Of a stretch of 64,000 bases of DNA, positions 27,641 through 37,711 are shown piece by piece. The translations under genes were made by a program, and so were the position numbers. The stretch is from a virus. The notes under the pieces are model-generated. The model made no database searches, was not told the DNA's origin, and was given only the letters and a program-made list of their open reading frames with translations. Location: the IMG/VR virus record IMGVR_UViG_3300034137_000032, positions 23,309-87,308 of that record; one strand, given 5' to 3'. Each line of letters starts with the position of its first letter. The stretch's first letter is position 1.

Positions 27641-28171
27641 TCAGGCGGTCGGCGGGTCGGTCTCGCTGCCCTTGCCGTTCTCCAGGTGCGTATGGCCCTG
27701 GACGGAAATGCCGTCGGACGTAATGTCGCCGCCCGACTGCGTAACGGCGCCGGTCATGGCAAAGCCCGAGCTGGTGAGCTGGAACACCGAGCCGCCCACG
27801 GTGAACGTGATCGAATCCTTGGCCGTGATGGTGTAGGTCGCCGCCGTATGGTTCGACTCGGCGTCTGCCGCGGTCTCGATATTCGTATGCGCCCACCGGC
27901 GCCAGCCTTCTTGATTGCTGGTCTCGGGGGTACGGTAGCCGGTCACCACGGGGTATCGCGGATCGCCGCCCTGGAACTGCACCCAGCATTTATCGGCCGC
28001 AAGGATGCGCTGCTCGGTCAGCTCTGGGCGATCGCCCAATGGCACACTAAGCACCGCTTCGGCGTGGGTCATGCCGTCGGTGAGGCCCGGAACGTTGACC
28101 ATCACCATGCGCGAGTCGCCGCCCAGGTACTCCTCGATAATCGCGGGATAGATTCCGTAGTAAAGCGTCAT
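27641..28171 (-). CDS. baseplate central spike (P2 gpV / P1 gp5-like)
   Basis: WVQFQGGDPRYPVV OB motif and C-terminal GISVQGHTH metal-binding tip. Confidence 0.88.
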   Translation of the reverse strand: MTLYYGIYPAIIEEYLGGDSRMVMVNVPGLTDGMTHAEAVLSVPLGDRPELTEQRILAADKCWVQFQGGDPRYPVVTGYRTPETSNQEGWRRWAHTNIETAADAESNHTAATYTITAKDSITFTVGGSVFQLTSSGFAMTGAVTQSGGDITSDGISVQGHTHLENGKGSETDPPTA

Positions 28172-29064
28172 TCCGACAGCACCCCGCACCAGAAATACGA
28201 GTTGCTCGTGATCGAGGCCTCAATGCCGTGCGTCATTGCATGCGCGGCTGTCATCACCACATTGTTTTCGCCGTTGATCGTCAGGAGGTCGCCCGCGATG
28301 ATTTCCTGGGCCATTTGCGACTGGATGACGTGTCGGCGCAGCAGCACTTTGCTCATGTTGCGCAGCACCCGCTCAGACTTGCGCGGCACGTAGATCGATC
28401 GGCGCGTTGAGTCATAGTTGCCCTTCACCACGGTGCCGTCGGGAGCCGTGCTATAGAACGACGGCACCTGATGACTGGTGAGAAAGTCGCTTTGCGTCAG
28501 CGCCGTGGTGTCCAGCTGACCGATATCGTCAATCGGAGCCTCTTTGAACAGATCGGCGAGCCGGTACACGTAGAGTTTTTTATCGGTGTAGACCAGCGTT
28601 GCGCACTCCTCCTGCAGCGCCAAGGCGATCGCCCGGCTCGGCGCTTGGCCCTGCAGGCAGGTGAAGCGTTCAACCGTCAGATCCTTGGCTACGGACACCT
28701 TGGCGCCACTCGCCTTGTACATGGCGCCGAACGTCTCATTGGTCGCGATGATCGGCGTGGTTCGAGGTCTGGCGACCCCCGCGCAGCTGGCCAGCGCGGC
28801 GATAATCGAATACGTCTGGACCGACTTGCCGCCCTGCAGCATGCCCGTGGGAGGGTCACGCCGAGACCAGATGATTTCGTATTCGAGGTTCTCCCGCCCG
28901 GTCCAGATCGACTTGCCCTCGGCCAGGTCGGTCTCGATGCCGTCGGCCAGGCGCACGGTCAGCTCCAGCGTGCGCGGTACCGGCGCCAGATCGCTCCGGT
29001 TGACCCAGCGCATGATCATGTCGCCAGGCAGCTGCTGGCTGTTTTCGGCGAGGTAAACGTTCAC
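28168..29064 (-). CDS. baseplate hub protein (P1 gp6-like)
   Basis: RSDLAPVPRTLE; directly upstream of the spike. Confidence 0.75.
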   Translation of the reverse strand: MNVYLAENSQQLPGDMIMRWVNRSDLAPVPRTLELTVRLADGIETDLAEGKSIWTGRENLEYEIIWSRRDPPTGMLQGGKSVQTYSIIAALASCAGVARPRTTPIIATNETFGAMYKASGAKVSVAKDLTVERFTCLQGQAPSRAIALALQEECATLVYTDKKLYVYRLADLFKEAPIDDIGQLDTTALTQSDFLTSHQVPSFYSTAPDGTVVKGNYDSTRRSIYVPRKSERVLRNMSKVLLRRHVIQSQMAQEIIAGDLLTINGENNVVMTAAHAMTHGIEASITSNSYFWCGVLSE

Positions 29065-29819
29065 GCTTCACCATTCCAGATGGTGCTGGTTTTGGTGATA
29101 ACCGCCTCGCTGCCGTCGGCCGCGATGTTAGTAATCTGCTGCAGCACTGGATAGCCTGGCGGATTGTTGCTCGTACCGTCGTTGTCCTCGTCATCACCAG
29201 GTGCGTCCAGGTACGGGATCGCCCCGCGCAGCACCAAGTCACACGCCAGGATCGTAAGGTTTTTGCTTTCGGTATCGACCTTGTTGAAGACGGTGTCGGG
29301 CGTCTCGATCGTGACCGGCATGTCGAAGGTGTACTGCCCCCAAGTGTGCGAGGCGTAGAAACGACGGTTGGGGATGGAGCCCAGGTACAGCCCCAGCTGG
29401 GCAGCGAGGCTATCGGCGCTCATGGGGTCGGCCGTGACAATAGCGATCTGTGCACGCTTGTCCATCATGGCCTGGCGGTAACCGTAGTACGAACCGCCCT
29501 CCTCGATCTGCACCAGCTGACGCTCGACCTGCTTGCCGCCCATGTCGCCTGGCGTAGGGGTGTAGTCCTTGGCGAGGGCGATGAACACCACAGGCAGCAG
29601 CGAGTTGGCGCCTTTGTCGCCGTTGCTGTTGCGCTGATAGCTTTTGAGCATCTCATCTACGGAATCGACCATGCGGCCGGACGCCCAGAGCACCGACCGG
29701 GCAAAGCCTCGGGCCACGAACTCCTTGACGCTCGCCGTGTCGCCGTACAGGCCCTGATACCAGGTGCCCAGGTAGGTGCCGAATGCTTCTTTGAGGGGGT
29801 TGAAATCGCCGCTGCTCAT
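29061..29819 (-). CDS. tail terminator (P1 gp24-like)
   Basis: 24-6-5 order as in P1; start MSSGDF. Confidence 0.6.
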   Translation of the reverse strand: MSSGDFNPLKEAFGTYLGTWYQGLYGDTASVKEFVARGFARSVLWASGRMVDSVDEMLKSYQRNSNGDKGANSLLPVVFIALAKDYTPTPGDMGGKQVERQLVQIEEGGSYYGYRQAMMDKRAQIAIVTADPMSADSLAAQLGLYLGSIPNRRFYASHTWGQYTFDMPVTIETPDTVFNKVDTESKNLTILACDLVLRGAIPYLDAPGDDEDNDGTSNNPPGYPVLQQITNIAADGSEAVITKTSTIWNGEA

Positions 29820-29847
29820 GGGGTGCCTATCAGTTGAACCTGGCCCC

Positions 29848-29890
29848 AAGTTATCGCGCGCGCGAGTGGCCATCCGTGGCCACTTTCCGG
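29848..29890 (-). promoter_or_regulatory. putative late promoter
   Basis: GGAAA (29888-29884) -N30- TAACTT. Confidence 0.6.
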
Positions 29891-29897
29891 TGTGCTA

Positions 29898-30500
29898 TCA
29901 GCTGCTCGCGCTATCCCAGGTGATGGCCTGGACGGCGGCTACGGTCGTCGCCGCTGCAACCTGCGCCACGAGAGTGGCCTTTCGGATCAGGTACGCATTG
30001 ATCGTCTGCTCGCCCATCATGCCCACGGCCTGGATCTGCGCCGCGGTATGGGTGACGTAGGCCTCGGTACCGGCGCTGTCTGTGCACTTAAATGTCGTAG
30101 TCCAGGCCGAGTTGCTGGCGTTGAGCAGCGACGACAGCACGCGAGCCTGCAGGTTGAGCTGGTCGGTTTCAGCTGAAGGGTAGGTGTAGGTCGAGCCCAG
30201 CGCGTCAGAGGTAAAACCGCTTACAGCTGCAGCTGCGCAGGCCGCGGAGAGTGCTGCCGACTGCGCGACCTGCGCGGCGGCCAGCTTCGCGGCATCAGTG
30301 TCGTAGATATCCACGAACGTCGGCTTGCCGTCGCTGTCGGCGGCGAGCTTCTGGCCGCTGGGCGGCGTGGTTCGATAGGTGGCTAGCTCGTCGTCGGTCA
30401 ATTCCACCGCATCGCTGGGCCAGCTGCCCGCGGTAACGTAATGTTCCTTAAGATCCTCGTCGTAGAAGGCCAGTTTTGTCGCAGAAAACACGTAGCTCAT
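29898..30500 (-). CDS. tail fibre assembly chaperone (DUF4376-like C-terminus)
   Basis: YVFS..AFY...WPSDAVE N-terminus; GFTSDALG..Y.S...DQLNL; VQAITW. Confidence 0.85.
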   Translation of the reverse strand: MSYVFSATKLAFYDEDLKEHYVTAGSWPSDAVELTDDELATYRTTPPSGQKLAADSDGKPTFVDIYDTDAAKLAAAQVAQSAALSAACAAAAVSGFTSDALGSTYTYPSAETDQLNLQARVLSSLLNASNSAWTTTFKCTDSAGTEAYVTHTAAQIQAVGMMGEQTINAYLIRKATLVAQVAAATTVAAVQAITWDSASS

Positions 30501-30502
30501 GA

Positions 30503-33502
30503 TTAATATCCGAGTGCCATCCAGAAAACAGGGGTAGCCGTACCAGACGTACCGTCATTGGTGACGTAAGCCGCGGAGGTACTGGCAGGGTAGAAGTAGC
30601 AGGCGTTGGTGCCGCCGGAGATGTGTGCGCTATACACACTGTTTGCGAAACCACCCACGCAAGCGCTGGGGAACGCGGTTGTGAAATATACGGTCGTGGT
30701 GCCCTCGGTCGCGACGCTTGAAGCCAAGCCCCACTGGATCATAAAACCAGTATTTTGGCAGCGCCAGTAACCCGCAGTAGTCACGTAACCGGTAGGAAGT
30801 CGAGCGCTAATCCAGGTGCTGAGGTAGCCGCCCCAGGTGGTGCCGTAGGCGTTGCCGGAGGTGTCAAGGAAGGCTCCTGACGCGTATAGGTTACCCGCCG
30901 CGTGAATGTCGGCATTGCTGGTGATATTGCCGTTTGCGGTGAACGCGCCGACGTCGCTGAGCGAGGCGATGACCGCAGAATAGGCACTGTTAACGATATC
31001 GAGGTTGCCCGCGTCGGAGCGAAGGTACTTGTTCGGGGTGGTGGTACCGTTACCCGCAAGCATGATGTTCGCGCCGTTTGCTCCAGTATCGAGCACAGTC
31101 AGGCCGCTGACCGAGCCGCTGCTGGTTACGGTACAGCCACCATTCAGTGCAGTCAGGCCAGTCACCGCCAGCGTACTCGCCAGTGTGGCGGCACCGGTGA
31201 CCGCAAGGGTGCTTTTGAGTGAAGCTGCGCCGGTGAGAGTTGTCGCCCCGGTGACTGCCAAGGTGCTGGACAGCGTAGCCGCGCCAGTGACCCCCAGAGT
31301 GCTCGACAGCGTCGCGGCACCCGTTACCCCCAAAGTACTCGACAGTGTGGCGGCACCGGTGACCGCAAGGGTGCTTTTGAGTGAAGCTGCGCCGGTGAGA
31401 GTTGTCGCCCCAGTGACTGCCAAGGTGCTGGACAGCGTAGCCGCGCCAGTGACCCCCAGAGTGCTCGACAGCGTCGTAGCACCGGTTACCGCCAAAGTGC
31501 TCGATAGCGTCGTAGCACCGGTTACCGCCAAGGTGCTTGATAGCGTCGCAGCGCCTACGACCCCCAGCGTGCCACTGGCCGATACGGCGCCGCCAAGCGT
31601 CACCCCACCCGTAGCCAGGTTGACGGTGAATGGCCGCGAGTCAGTCCAGGTGCCAGAGGTGTCGCCGCTGGCGGTCAGCATCAGATACAGATTTGCGCCG
31701 TCATTGCGCCAGAACGTGCCGTAGTTACCCGAGACGATACGCCAGGCATTGGCAGAGGTACTGACGCTCTCCCCGGCAACGCTTAGGGTACTGGCCAGCG
31801 TCGTAGCACCGGTGACGCCCAAGGTAGACGATATAGTCGCAGCGCCAGTGACGCCCAGTGTGCTTTTCAGCGTTGCCGCGCCCGTCAGCGTGGTAGCACC
31901 AGCAACGGCCAGCGTGCTGGAAAGCGTGGCCGCACCTGTAACGCCCAGGGTAGTGTCCATGGTTGCAGCGCCAGCGACTTCCAGGGCGCCGGAGAGCGTG
32001 GACGCACCCGTCACGCCGAGCGTGCTGGATAGCGTCGTTGCACCAGTAACGGCCAGCGTACTGGATAACGTCGCAGCCCCCGTCAGCGCCAGCGTGCCCT
32101 TCAGGACTGCCGCGCCGTTCAGGGTCGCAGTACCCGTGACGGCAAGCGTGCTGGACAGCGTAGCGGCACCCGTGACGGCAAGAGTGCTCGAAAGAGTCGT
32201 TGCGCCCGTAACCCCAAGGGTGCTTTTCGCCAGAACCGCGCCGGTGAGCGTTGCAGCACCGGTAACCGCCAGCGTGCTGGACAGAGTCGCCGCGCCGGTG
32301 ACTCCCAGAGTGCTGGATAGCGTTGCAGCACCGGTAACCGCCAGCGTGCTGGATAGTGTTGCAGCGCCCGTTACGGCCAGCGTGCTCTTGAGAGCGGTTG
32401 CACCCGTAACGGTGACCGTCTTCGTGAACAAAGGATCGACAAGGGGCGCGAAGGTCGCGTCGGCCTTGGTCTTGGTGTAGGTGTCGGCAACCTGAAACAC
32501 GTTCCAAACCACAAACTGGACGATGTCGCCCGCAGTCGAGGCGGTGGCCAGCGTTACCGTGGCGCCATCATTGGCCGTGAAGCCCGTCGGCGGCAGGGTC
32601 TTGCCATTGACGATCACCTGCAGCAAGTCCGCGGTATAGCTCAGGTTGAACAGCACCTGCGCAGCGGTGGCGGTGTACGTGTAGGTCTCGAACGTTCGCC
32701 CGGCCGCCAGGCAACTGCGGATCTGGAACTGCGTGCCGTCGAAAACAATCTCGTAGAGCGCCCCAGCCACGATGTCGTCGGCAACCATCACAGTGGTGCC
32801 CGCCTTGGTGATCGCGACCACGCCCAGGCCTTCGACGTTGACCGTCATAGCGCCATCGTTGTTCGAGGCCGCGATAAAACTGAAAGCCTGGCCAGCTTCA
32901 TAGCCGGTGAGCGTGGACGCATCCGGCAGCGACAGCAGCAGCGCATCGGCCGTGCCGCCCGCGGTACCGCACCAAACGAGCGAGCCAGCCACCTGGGCCA
33001 GGTTCTCGATCAGTTGGTATTGCTCGTGCGCGTTGGGGTCGTTCTCGTGCGTCACCAAAGCGGACAGCACCGCCGAGGACTCAGGATCGATGACCACGGT
33101 GATGCTGTCGGCTGGGACTTGATCAAACACCATGTCGCAGAACAGCACGAAATCAGTGCCAGGCGTCTTGCTGGCGATCGCCGTACCTGCTTTGGTACTC
33201 CACACGGCAAACAGCACGTCACCGGCCCAGATGCCGACTTCGGTGATGTCGGCGGTCAGCTCGGCATCTGCCCATACGGCCGTGATCCGGATCTGCGTAC
33301 TGGAAATCGACGAGCCGCCCGCGATGGTTACGATGGCGTACTGGTCGTTCATGGCGGTTTCGCTGCCGGTTGGGGCGTAGGTACCCCCACCGAATGAAAT
33401 CTTGGTGATCTCGACTGCGATCCCGGTCAGGCTGGCATTAAACGCTGCCTCGCGCCCGGCCGCGGTAAGCGTGGGCGTGATCGTAGTCGTCGTGGTGGCC
33501 AC
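30503..33502 (-). CDS. tail fibre protein
   Basis: 999 aa; LTAAGREA N-terminus, DPNAHEQY, 12-aa repeats, T4 gp37-like knob (NYGTFWRNDG), GFMIQWG tip. Confidence 0.9.
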   Translation of the reverse strand: MATTTTTITPTLTAAGREAAFNASLTGIAVEITKISFGGGTYAPTGSETAMNDQYAIVTIAGGSSISSTQIRITAVWADAELTADITEVGIWAGDVLFAVWSTKAGTAIASKTPGTDFVLFCDMVFDQVPADSITVVIDPESSAVLSALVTHENDPNAHEQYQLIENLAQVAGSLVWCGTAGGTADALLLSLPDASTLTGYEAGQAFSFIAASNNDGAMTVNVEGLGVVAITKAGTTVMVADDIVAGALYEIVFDGTQFQIRSCLAAGRTFETYTYTATAAQVLFNLSYTADLLQVIVNGKTLPPTGFTANDGATVTLATASTAGDIVQFVVWNVFQVADTYTKTKADATFAPLVDPLFTKTVTVTGATALKSTLAVTGAATLSSTLAVTGAATLSSTLGVTGAATLSSTLAVTGAATLTGAVLAKSTLGVTGATTLSSTLAVTGAATLSSTLAVTGTATLNGAAVLKGTLALTGAATLSSTLAVTGATTLSSTLGVTGASTLSGALEVAGAATMDTTLGVTGAATLSSTLAVAGATTLTGAATLKSTLGVTGAATISSTLGVTGATTLASTLSVAGESVSTSANAWRIVSGNYGTFWRNDGANLYLMLTASGDTSGTWTDSRPFTVNLATGGVTLGGAVSASGTLGVVGAATLSSTLAVTGATTLSSTLAVTGATTLSSTLGVTGAATLSSTLAVTGATTLTGAASLKSTLAVTGAATLSSTLGVTGAATLSSTLGVTGAATLSSTLAVTGATTLTGAASLKSTLAVTGAATLASTLAVTGLTALNGGCTVTSSGSVSGLTVLDTGANGANIMLAGNGTTTPNKYLRSDAGNLDIVNSAYSAVIASLSDVGAFTANGNITSNADIHAAGNLYASGAFLDTSGNAYGTTWGGYLSTWISARLPTGYVTTAGYWRCQNTGFMIQWGLASSVATEGTTTVYFTTAFPSACVGGFANSVYSAHISGGTNACYFYPASTSAAYVTNDGTSGTATPVFWMALGY
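31160..32410 (-). repeat. tandem 36-bp (12-aa TLAVTGAATLSS) coding repeats in two blocks
   Basis: Visible in protein and DNA; near-exact duplication with 162-bp period at 31181 and 31343. Confidence 0.9.
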
Positions 33503-33534
33503 TGGAACCTCTCAAATCTTTGATAGCGTTCCAT

Positions 33535-33577
33535 ATTTTCGAGGTCTGGCGGGTACGCTTTCGGGTCAGCTTTCCGA
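33535..33577 (-). promoter_or_regulatory. putative late promoter
   Basis: atcGGAAA (33575-33571) -N30- GAAAAT. Confidence 0.55.
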
Positions 33578-35287
33578 TGCCAGGCTGGCCAGGCTGTCGA
33601 ACTGCGCGCCCTTGAAATAACGCGCCCGTCGCGCGCAGCCGTTGAGAAACCCCGAAGCGCCCGCGCTACTGCCGATCCACAGTGTTGTGGGCAGGGCAAA
33701 GTGAAAGCGCAGCCACAACGCGCTGGTCGAAACCACGCCATTGACCGCTAGGGCGACTTTCATTCCGTTGGCCGTGCGCTTCCAGCAAGCCGCCACATAA
33801 AGGTCAGCTGCGGCCGCAACCACTGCGCCGGTAATCGTCGCCTGGGTGGCGCCGTCGGCCAGGATCTCGAACAGCACCGCCCCGGTGGCGTCCTGGCGAA
33901 TCCGAAACCCGTCGGTTCCGTCGTCAAGCGAGAGCAGGGTCGCGCCCCAGGTAGAGGGGAAGGCGCCCACCAGGGTGCCCTCGCTCGCCGAGTACCAGTC
34001 GAAATAATCCGACGCGCTTGCCGCCGCCGTCGTGGTCTTGATGAGCGGGGTGACTACGGGCGATGCCTCCAGCTGGACGCCCCACAGCCCCAGGGTCAGC
34101 GTGCTGGCGCTCGGATTGGAGATGGTCAGCGTGCCGGTACCGGCCGCATCTGCGGCGGCCCACAGCGACAGGCGAACCCAGCCCTTGAGGGTGGGCACTA
34201 GGTCAGCGGAATCGGTGGTGCCGGTTACCTCCCCGGCTGCCAAGTCAAACAAGGCCTGGGCCGTGACCGTGTAAGGCGTTCCGGACAGCGCCAGCGCGGG
34301 GGTGCCGCTTTCTGCCTGAGCGAACACCGACAGGCAGTAATCGGTGGCCACCAGCGCCGCCACGGGCAGCGAGATGCTGGCGCCAGCAGGCAGCGACACC
34401 GTGTCGGCCAGCCCGTTGGGGCCTGCCCGGGCTGCAGACGCCACGACAGCGCCGCCGCTGGTAGTCCAGCCGGTAAAATCGTTGCTCGGCGCCACCAGGT
34501 TGGTACGCGCGACCGTTTTGGACGTGAGCATGCCGATGGCGTCGGCCGCCCGGGTTACAGCCGCAGATCCGGTCGCAATGACGCTCGTGGCTACGTTCCC
34601 CGCCTCGGCTTGGGCGCCCCACACGTAAAGGCCCGAGGCACCGTCGCCGATGTAGCTGCCCACGGTCGCTGTCGAGTAGATATGGATGCGATACAAGATT
34701 TTTGCATAGGACGTCTGATCAACCGTCACTGTAATCGAGCAGCGGTAATACCCGTTAGGCGCCGGGGTGATGGTGGCCGTGAGGCCGCTGGCCACCGCCG
34801 AAACAACGCCGGTATTGAGGTTGAAAATCGCCGTGTAGCCTCCCGCGCCGCCCGAATCGTAATAGGCGGTCAGCCGCCCGAAACCGCGCCCGGCTGCCTT
34901 CAGGTACACGCTGTACGTGAACTGGGTGCCGAGAGTATTGGCGCCGGACACGACGCGATCGGTGTAATGCGAGGCCGCGGTCGTCGTCGAGGCCTCCACC
35001 AGTTTGTCAGCCGTCATCGTCCCATCCGGGGCGATAGCGGCGTTCGCCGTCGCGCTGGCGCTGGAAAGGGTCCAGACGCTCTGATCGAGCTGCGAGTTGT
35101 AGGGCAGCAGGTTGGTGGCGCCCTGCTCGACCAGCAGGCCTTTGACGGCCAGGGTCAGCGGATCGTGATCTATACGCAGCTCTCCAGCTGCAGCGGTGGC
35201 CAGCAAGCCGGAGGCATTGATATAGGTGGCAGTGGATGCCCGCGAAACGTCGATGATTTCCGCAGCGTTGCGTTGTACCAGGCCCAT
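33566..35287 (-). CDS. second fibre/spike with carbohydrate-binding-like and lectin-like domains
   Basis: RASTATY...GLLVEQGATNLL; two FSVY/F..YYRC/WVRL..WGAQ/WGVQ modules; TGATG coupling to the upstream gene. Confidence 0.7.
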   Translation of the reverse strand: MGLVQRNAAEIIDVSRASTATYINASGLLATAAAGELRIDHDPLTLAVKGLLVEQGATNLLPYNSQLDQSVWTLSSASATANAAIAPDGTMTADKLVEASTTTAASHYTDRVVSGANTLGTQFTYSVYLKAAGRGFGRLTAYYDSGGAGGYTAIFNLNTGVVSAVASGLTATITPAPNGYYRCSITVTVDQTSYAKILYRIHIYSTATVGSYIGDGASGLYVWGAQAEAGNVATSVIATGSAAVTRAADAIGMLTSKTVARTNLVAPSNDFTGWTTSGGAVVASAARAGPNGLADTVSLPAGASISLPVAALVATDYCLSVFAQAESGTPALALSGTPYTVTAQALFDLAAGEVTGTTDSADLVPTLKGWVRLSLWAAADAAGTGTLTISNPSASTLTLGLWGVQLEASPVVTPLIKTTTAAASASDYFDWYSASEGTLVGAFPSTWGATLLSLDDGTDGFRIRQDATGAVLFEILADGATQATITGAVVAAAADLYVAACWKRTANGMKVALAVNGVVSTSALWLRFHFALPTTLWIGSSAGASGFLNGCARRARYFKGAQFDSLASLASES

Positions 35288-35985
35288 CAGGCGCCCCATT
35301 TGCGAGAGTGGTGGACGTAGAACGCCCCGCCCTGGAAATCCAGGTCGAGTGCGTTGGTGGCCGTGGATTCCGCCACCCGCTGCGGGCCGACGTGCTCGGA
35401 GCGCACCAGGACGCCGCCGACGACCAGGCCAGGACCGATCGTGATCAGCGACTTTTTGGCGATCTGGACGTTGAGCACGATGCGCGCGGCCACCGTGGAC
35501 TTGAGCGCCGCCAGGATCTGCGTGGATACCATGTCGGTGCTCAGGCGCACGCGCACGCGCGACGTCAGCCAGTAGTCGTCGAGGCTGCCCCCTGCCTTGC
35601 TGATTTCGTCCTCGGTGGCCAGATTCAGCGGGTAGATGCCCGTCTTCAGCTGATAAAGCTGATTGATTTCGTAGTCGCCGAACAGCGCCTGCACATAGGT
35701 GCGCAGGAAGTGCATGCCGCGACGCGGGTTCCGGAATTTCCAGGCTTGATGCAGGTAGCGGATCGCGTCCTCGTCAGAGCTGGATAGCACCGCCAGGCCG
35801 TCGGCTGTCAGGTTGCGGCGTACCAGATCCAGCGAGCCGATATGCGGCGCGCCGTAGCAGTTGATTTCGTCAGCCGTGTCCTTGAGCACCGATTCGAACA
35901 GCGCCAAAAAGATATCCTGCAGCTCGGCCTCGACGGTGTTCTCGGCGTAGCTGTTCTCTTCAGGTACCAGAACGCCCGTTGTCAT
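35287..35985 (-). CDS. baseplate wedge protein (P1 gp16-like)
   Basis: RRGMHFLRTY, WLTSRVRV; follows bplA. Confidence 0.75.
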   Translation of the reverse strand: MTTGVLVPEENSYAENTVEAELQDIFLALFESVLKDTADEINCYGAPHIGSLDLVRRNLTADGLAVLSSSDEDAIRYLHQAWKFRNPRRGMHFLRTYVQALFGDYEINQLYQLKTGIYPLNLATEDEISKAGGSLDDYWLTSRVRVRLSTDMVSTQILAALKSTVAARIVLNVQIAKKSLITIGPGLVVGGVLVRSEHVGPQRVAESTATNALDLDFQGGAFYVHHSRKWGA

Positions 35986-37397
35986 GCGTTGGTCACCGTC
36001 TCAACTGTGATATTCAGGCTGTCGGCGCTGACGTAGCGGAACTGCTCGGGCAGGGTCGTAACCGTTGGATACGTGATGGTGATCGAGATATCGCTATTGT
36101 CGTCCTGCAGGGCGGTGATGCCGTCCTCCAGGATAGTGGTGATCTTCTTTTTCTTGACCGTCACCTGGCCGCGCTTCGCCCACGCCGACGTGCGACCGTA
36201 CTGCGCCAGGATCAGCTCCTGGGCAGCCGAAATGACCTCGGCGCTGTCGTAGACCGACGCGATCTCCAGCACCACGTCCACGGTGATGGTCAGCTCGGCC
36301 ACCGTCACGAACTTCAGCTTGTAGCTGTCATCGGCGTCGGTCACGATCGTCGTGATGGCCGATTCCAGCGTGCTCTGGTCGGTATCGTCCTTGATCGCTG
36401 CAATAAACAGGCAGTTGACGTTGTCCTGGCTGGCGCTGCGCACGGTCTCTTCGGTCTGTTCATTCCAGACTGATAGGAACGTCAGCGGCGCAACGGTGCT
36501 CGACCGGCGAATGAGAAAGTCGAAATTGTTGTTGTATACGGCGTTGCTGTCATACAGCGACGGATACGAACAGATTTCGCGGATGGTGTCCGTGTCCAGC
36601 GGATCTGCGCCAGCCTGCAGCACTTCCGACAGGGTCACGGTGCAGCCGTTCTCATAGATCGAGGAGGTGTAATCGAATGTGAACAGCGCGCCCGAGCTGA
36701 GCGTGATGTCGCCCTCGGTCGAGGTCACGGTAATGGTGAACTCTTCGCCCGTGGCCGGTTGATACCCACCGTAGTCGGCGGCTCCGAACTTGACGTATAG
36801 ATCCTGATTTTCATCTGTCTGCAAATGAAACATCTGCTCGTCAGTTTCAACGTTGACGAAATCGGGGATGTATTCGAAGGCGTCGCCGTCCGAATTGGAT
36901 ACCGCCACGCTCACGATCGAGCCGCTGTCGGGCTGGGTCACGGCGATGGTATAGAACGCCTTGCTGCTGCTCACGGTCGCCGTTGAAGAGCTGCTTTCCT
37001 GTTGCTTGGCGGTCACGACAGCGCTGCCGCTGGCCGGAATGGTGGCGCCGACAGTAACGACGTAGGCGCGCCCCTGGGCGTCAGTAAGCGTGCGGCCGGT
37101 GGTGACCGTCCAAGCGGTGGTGGTGGCGTTGGTCACCAGCAGCGCGACGACTGAAGACGTTCCGAAGGGCAGCACGCCCTTGACCGCGGCGTCGGCCAAT
37201 ACGGTGACGTCGCGGGACTTGGTGAAGGGCTCGGCCGCAGCGATGTCCTGCTCGACGCTGGCCACCGAAAGCATGTTGGCGATCGAATTGAGCCGGGCGA
37301 GAATGGTCGGGTCTTTCGCTTGATAAAGGATCGAGACTTGAGGATAGGACGACAGAATACTGGTGTATGCCGCCTGCATCTCACTTAGGGTTTTCAC
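35982..37397 (-). CDS. bplA: baseplate wedge protein (P1 BplA, gpJ-like)
   Basis: 471 aa; AEPF, VKFG, GADP motifs; synteny. Confidence 0.8.
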   Translation of the reverse strand: MKTLSEMQAAYTSILSSYPQVSILYQAKDPTILARLNSIANMLSVASVEQDIAAAEPFTKSRDVTVLADAAVKGVLPFGTSSVVALLVTNATTTAWTVTTGRTLTDAQGRAYVVTVGATIPASGSAVVTAKQQESSSSTATVSSSKAFYTIAVTQPDSGSIVSVAVSNSDGDAFEYIPDFVNVETDEQMFHLQTDENQDLYVKFGAADYGGYQPATGEEFTITVTSTEGDITLSSGALFTFDYTSSIYENGCTVTLSEVLQAGADPLDTDTIREICSYPSLYDSNAVYNNNFDFLIRRSSTVAPLTFLSVWNEQTEETVRSASQDNVNCLFIAAIKDDTDQSTLESAITTIVTDADDSYKLKFVTVAELTITVDVVLEIASVYDSAEVISAAQELILAQYGRTSAWAKRGQVTVKKKKITTILEDGITALQDDNSDISITITYPTVTTLPEQFRYVSADSLNITVETVTNA

Positions 37398-37708
37398 GAA
37401 ATGTTCCTCAGCTCGTCCACGGATACCGTCACGTTGCCCACCTGGACGATCAGCTTTTTAGCGTCGAATCGGGTGCTGATGTCCTGGAAGTAGACGGAGA
37501 TTTCGTCGTCGCCCAGAACACCCAAGATTGGTAGGTCTGTTTTCATCTTGGTGATGAAGGCGTCAGCCAGGCCTAGGCCCATCGGTTGCTGGATCAGCTC
37601 CTCAACTGGTGCGCCGTAGGTGGAGCCGAAATAGCCGTTCACCGGGGTGTTAAGCCAGTGCGAGACCATGTCCATGATCTGCGTGGCTGAGATGTTATAA
37701 GTCGTCAT
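37394..37708 (-). CDS. pmgA: baseplate gp25-like protein (P1 PmgA)
   Basis: HWLNTPVNGYFGSTYG...KMKTDLP. Confidence 0.75.
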   Translation of the reverse strand: MTTYNISATQIMDMVSHWLNTPVNGYFGSTYGAPVEELIQQPMGLGLADAFITKMKTDLPILGVLGDDEISVYFQDISTRFDAKKLIVQVGNVTVSVDELRNIS

Positions 37709-37711
37709 GGC

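Noticed and set aside
30503-33502. Diversity-generating retroelement or invertible tail-fibre segment
   Set aside because: No reverse transcriptase, invertase, template repeat or inverted second tip seen
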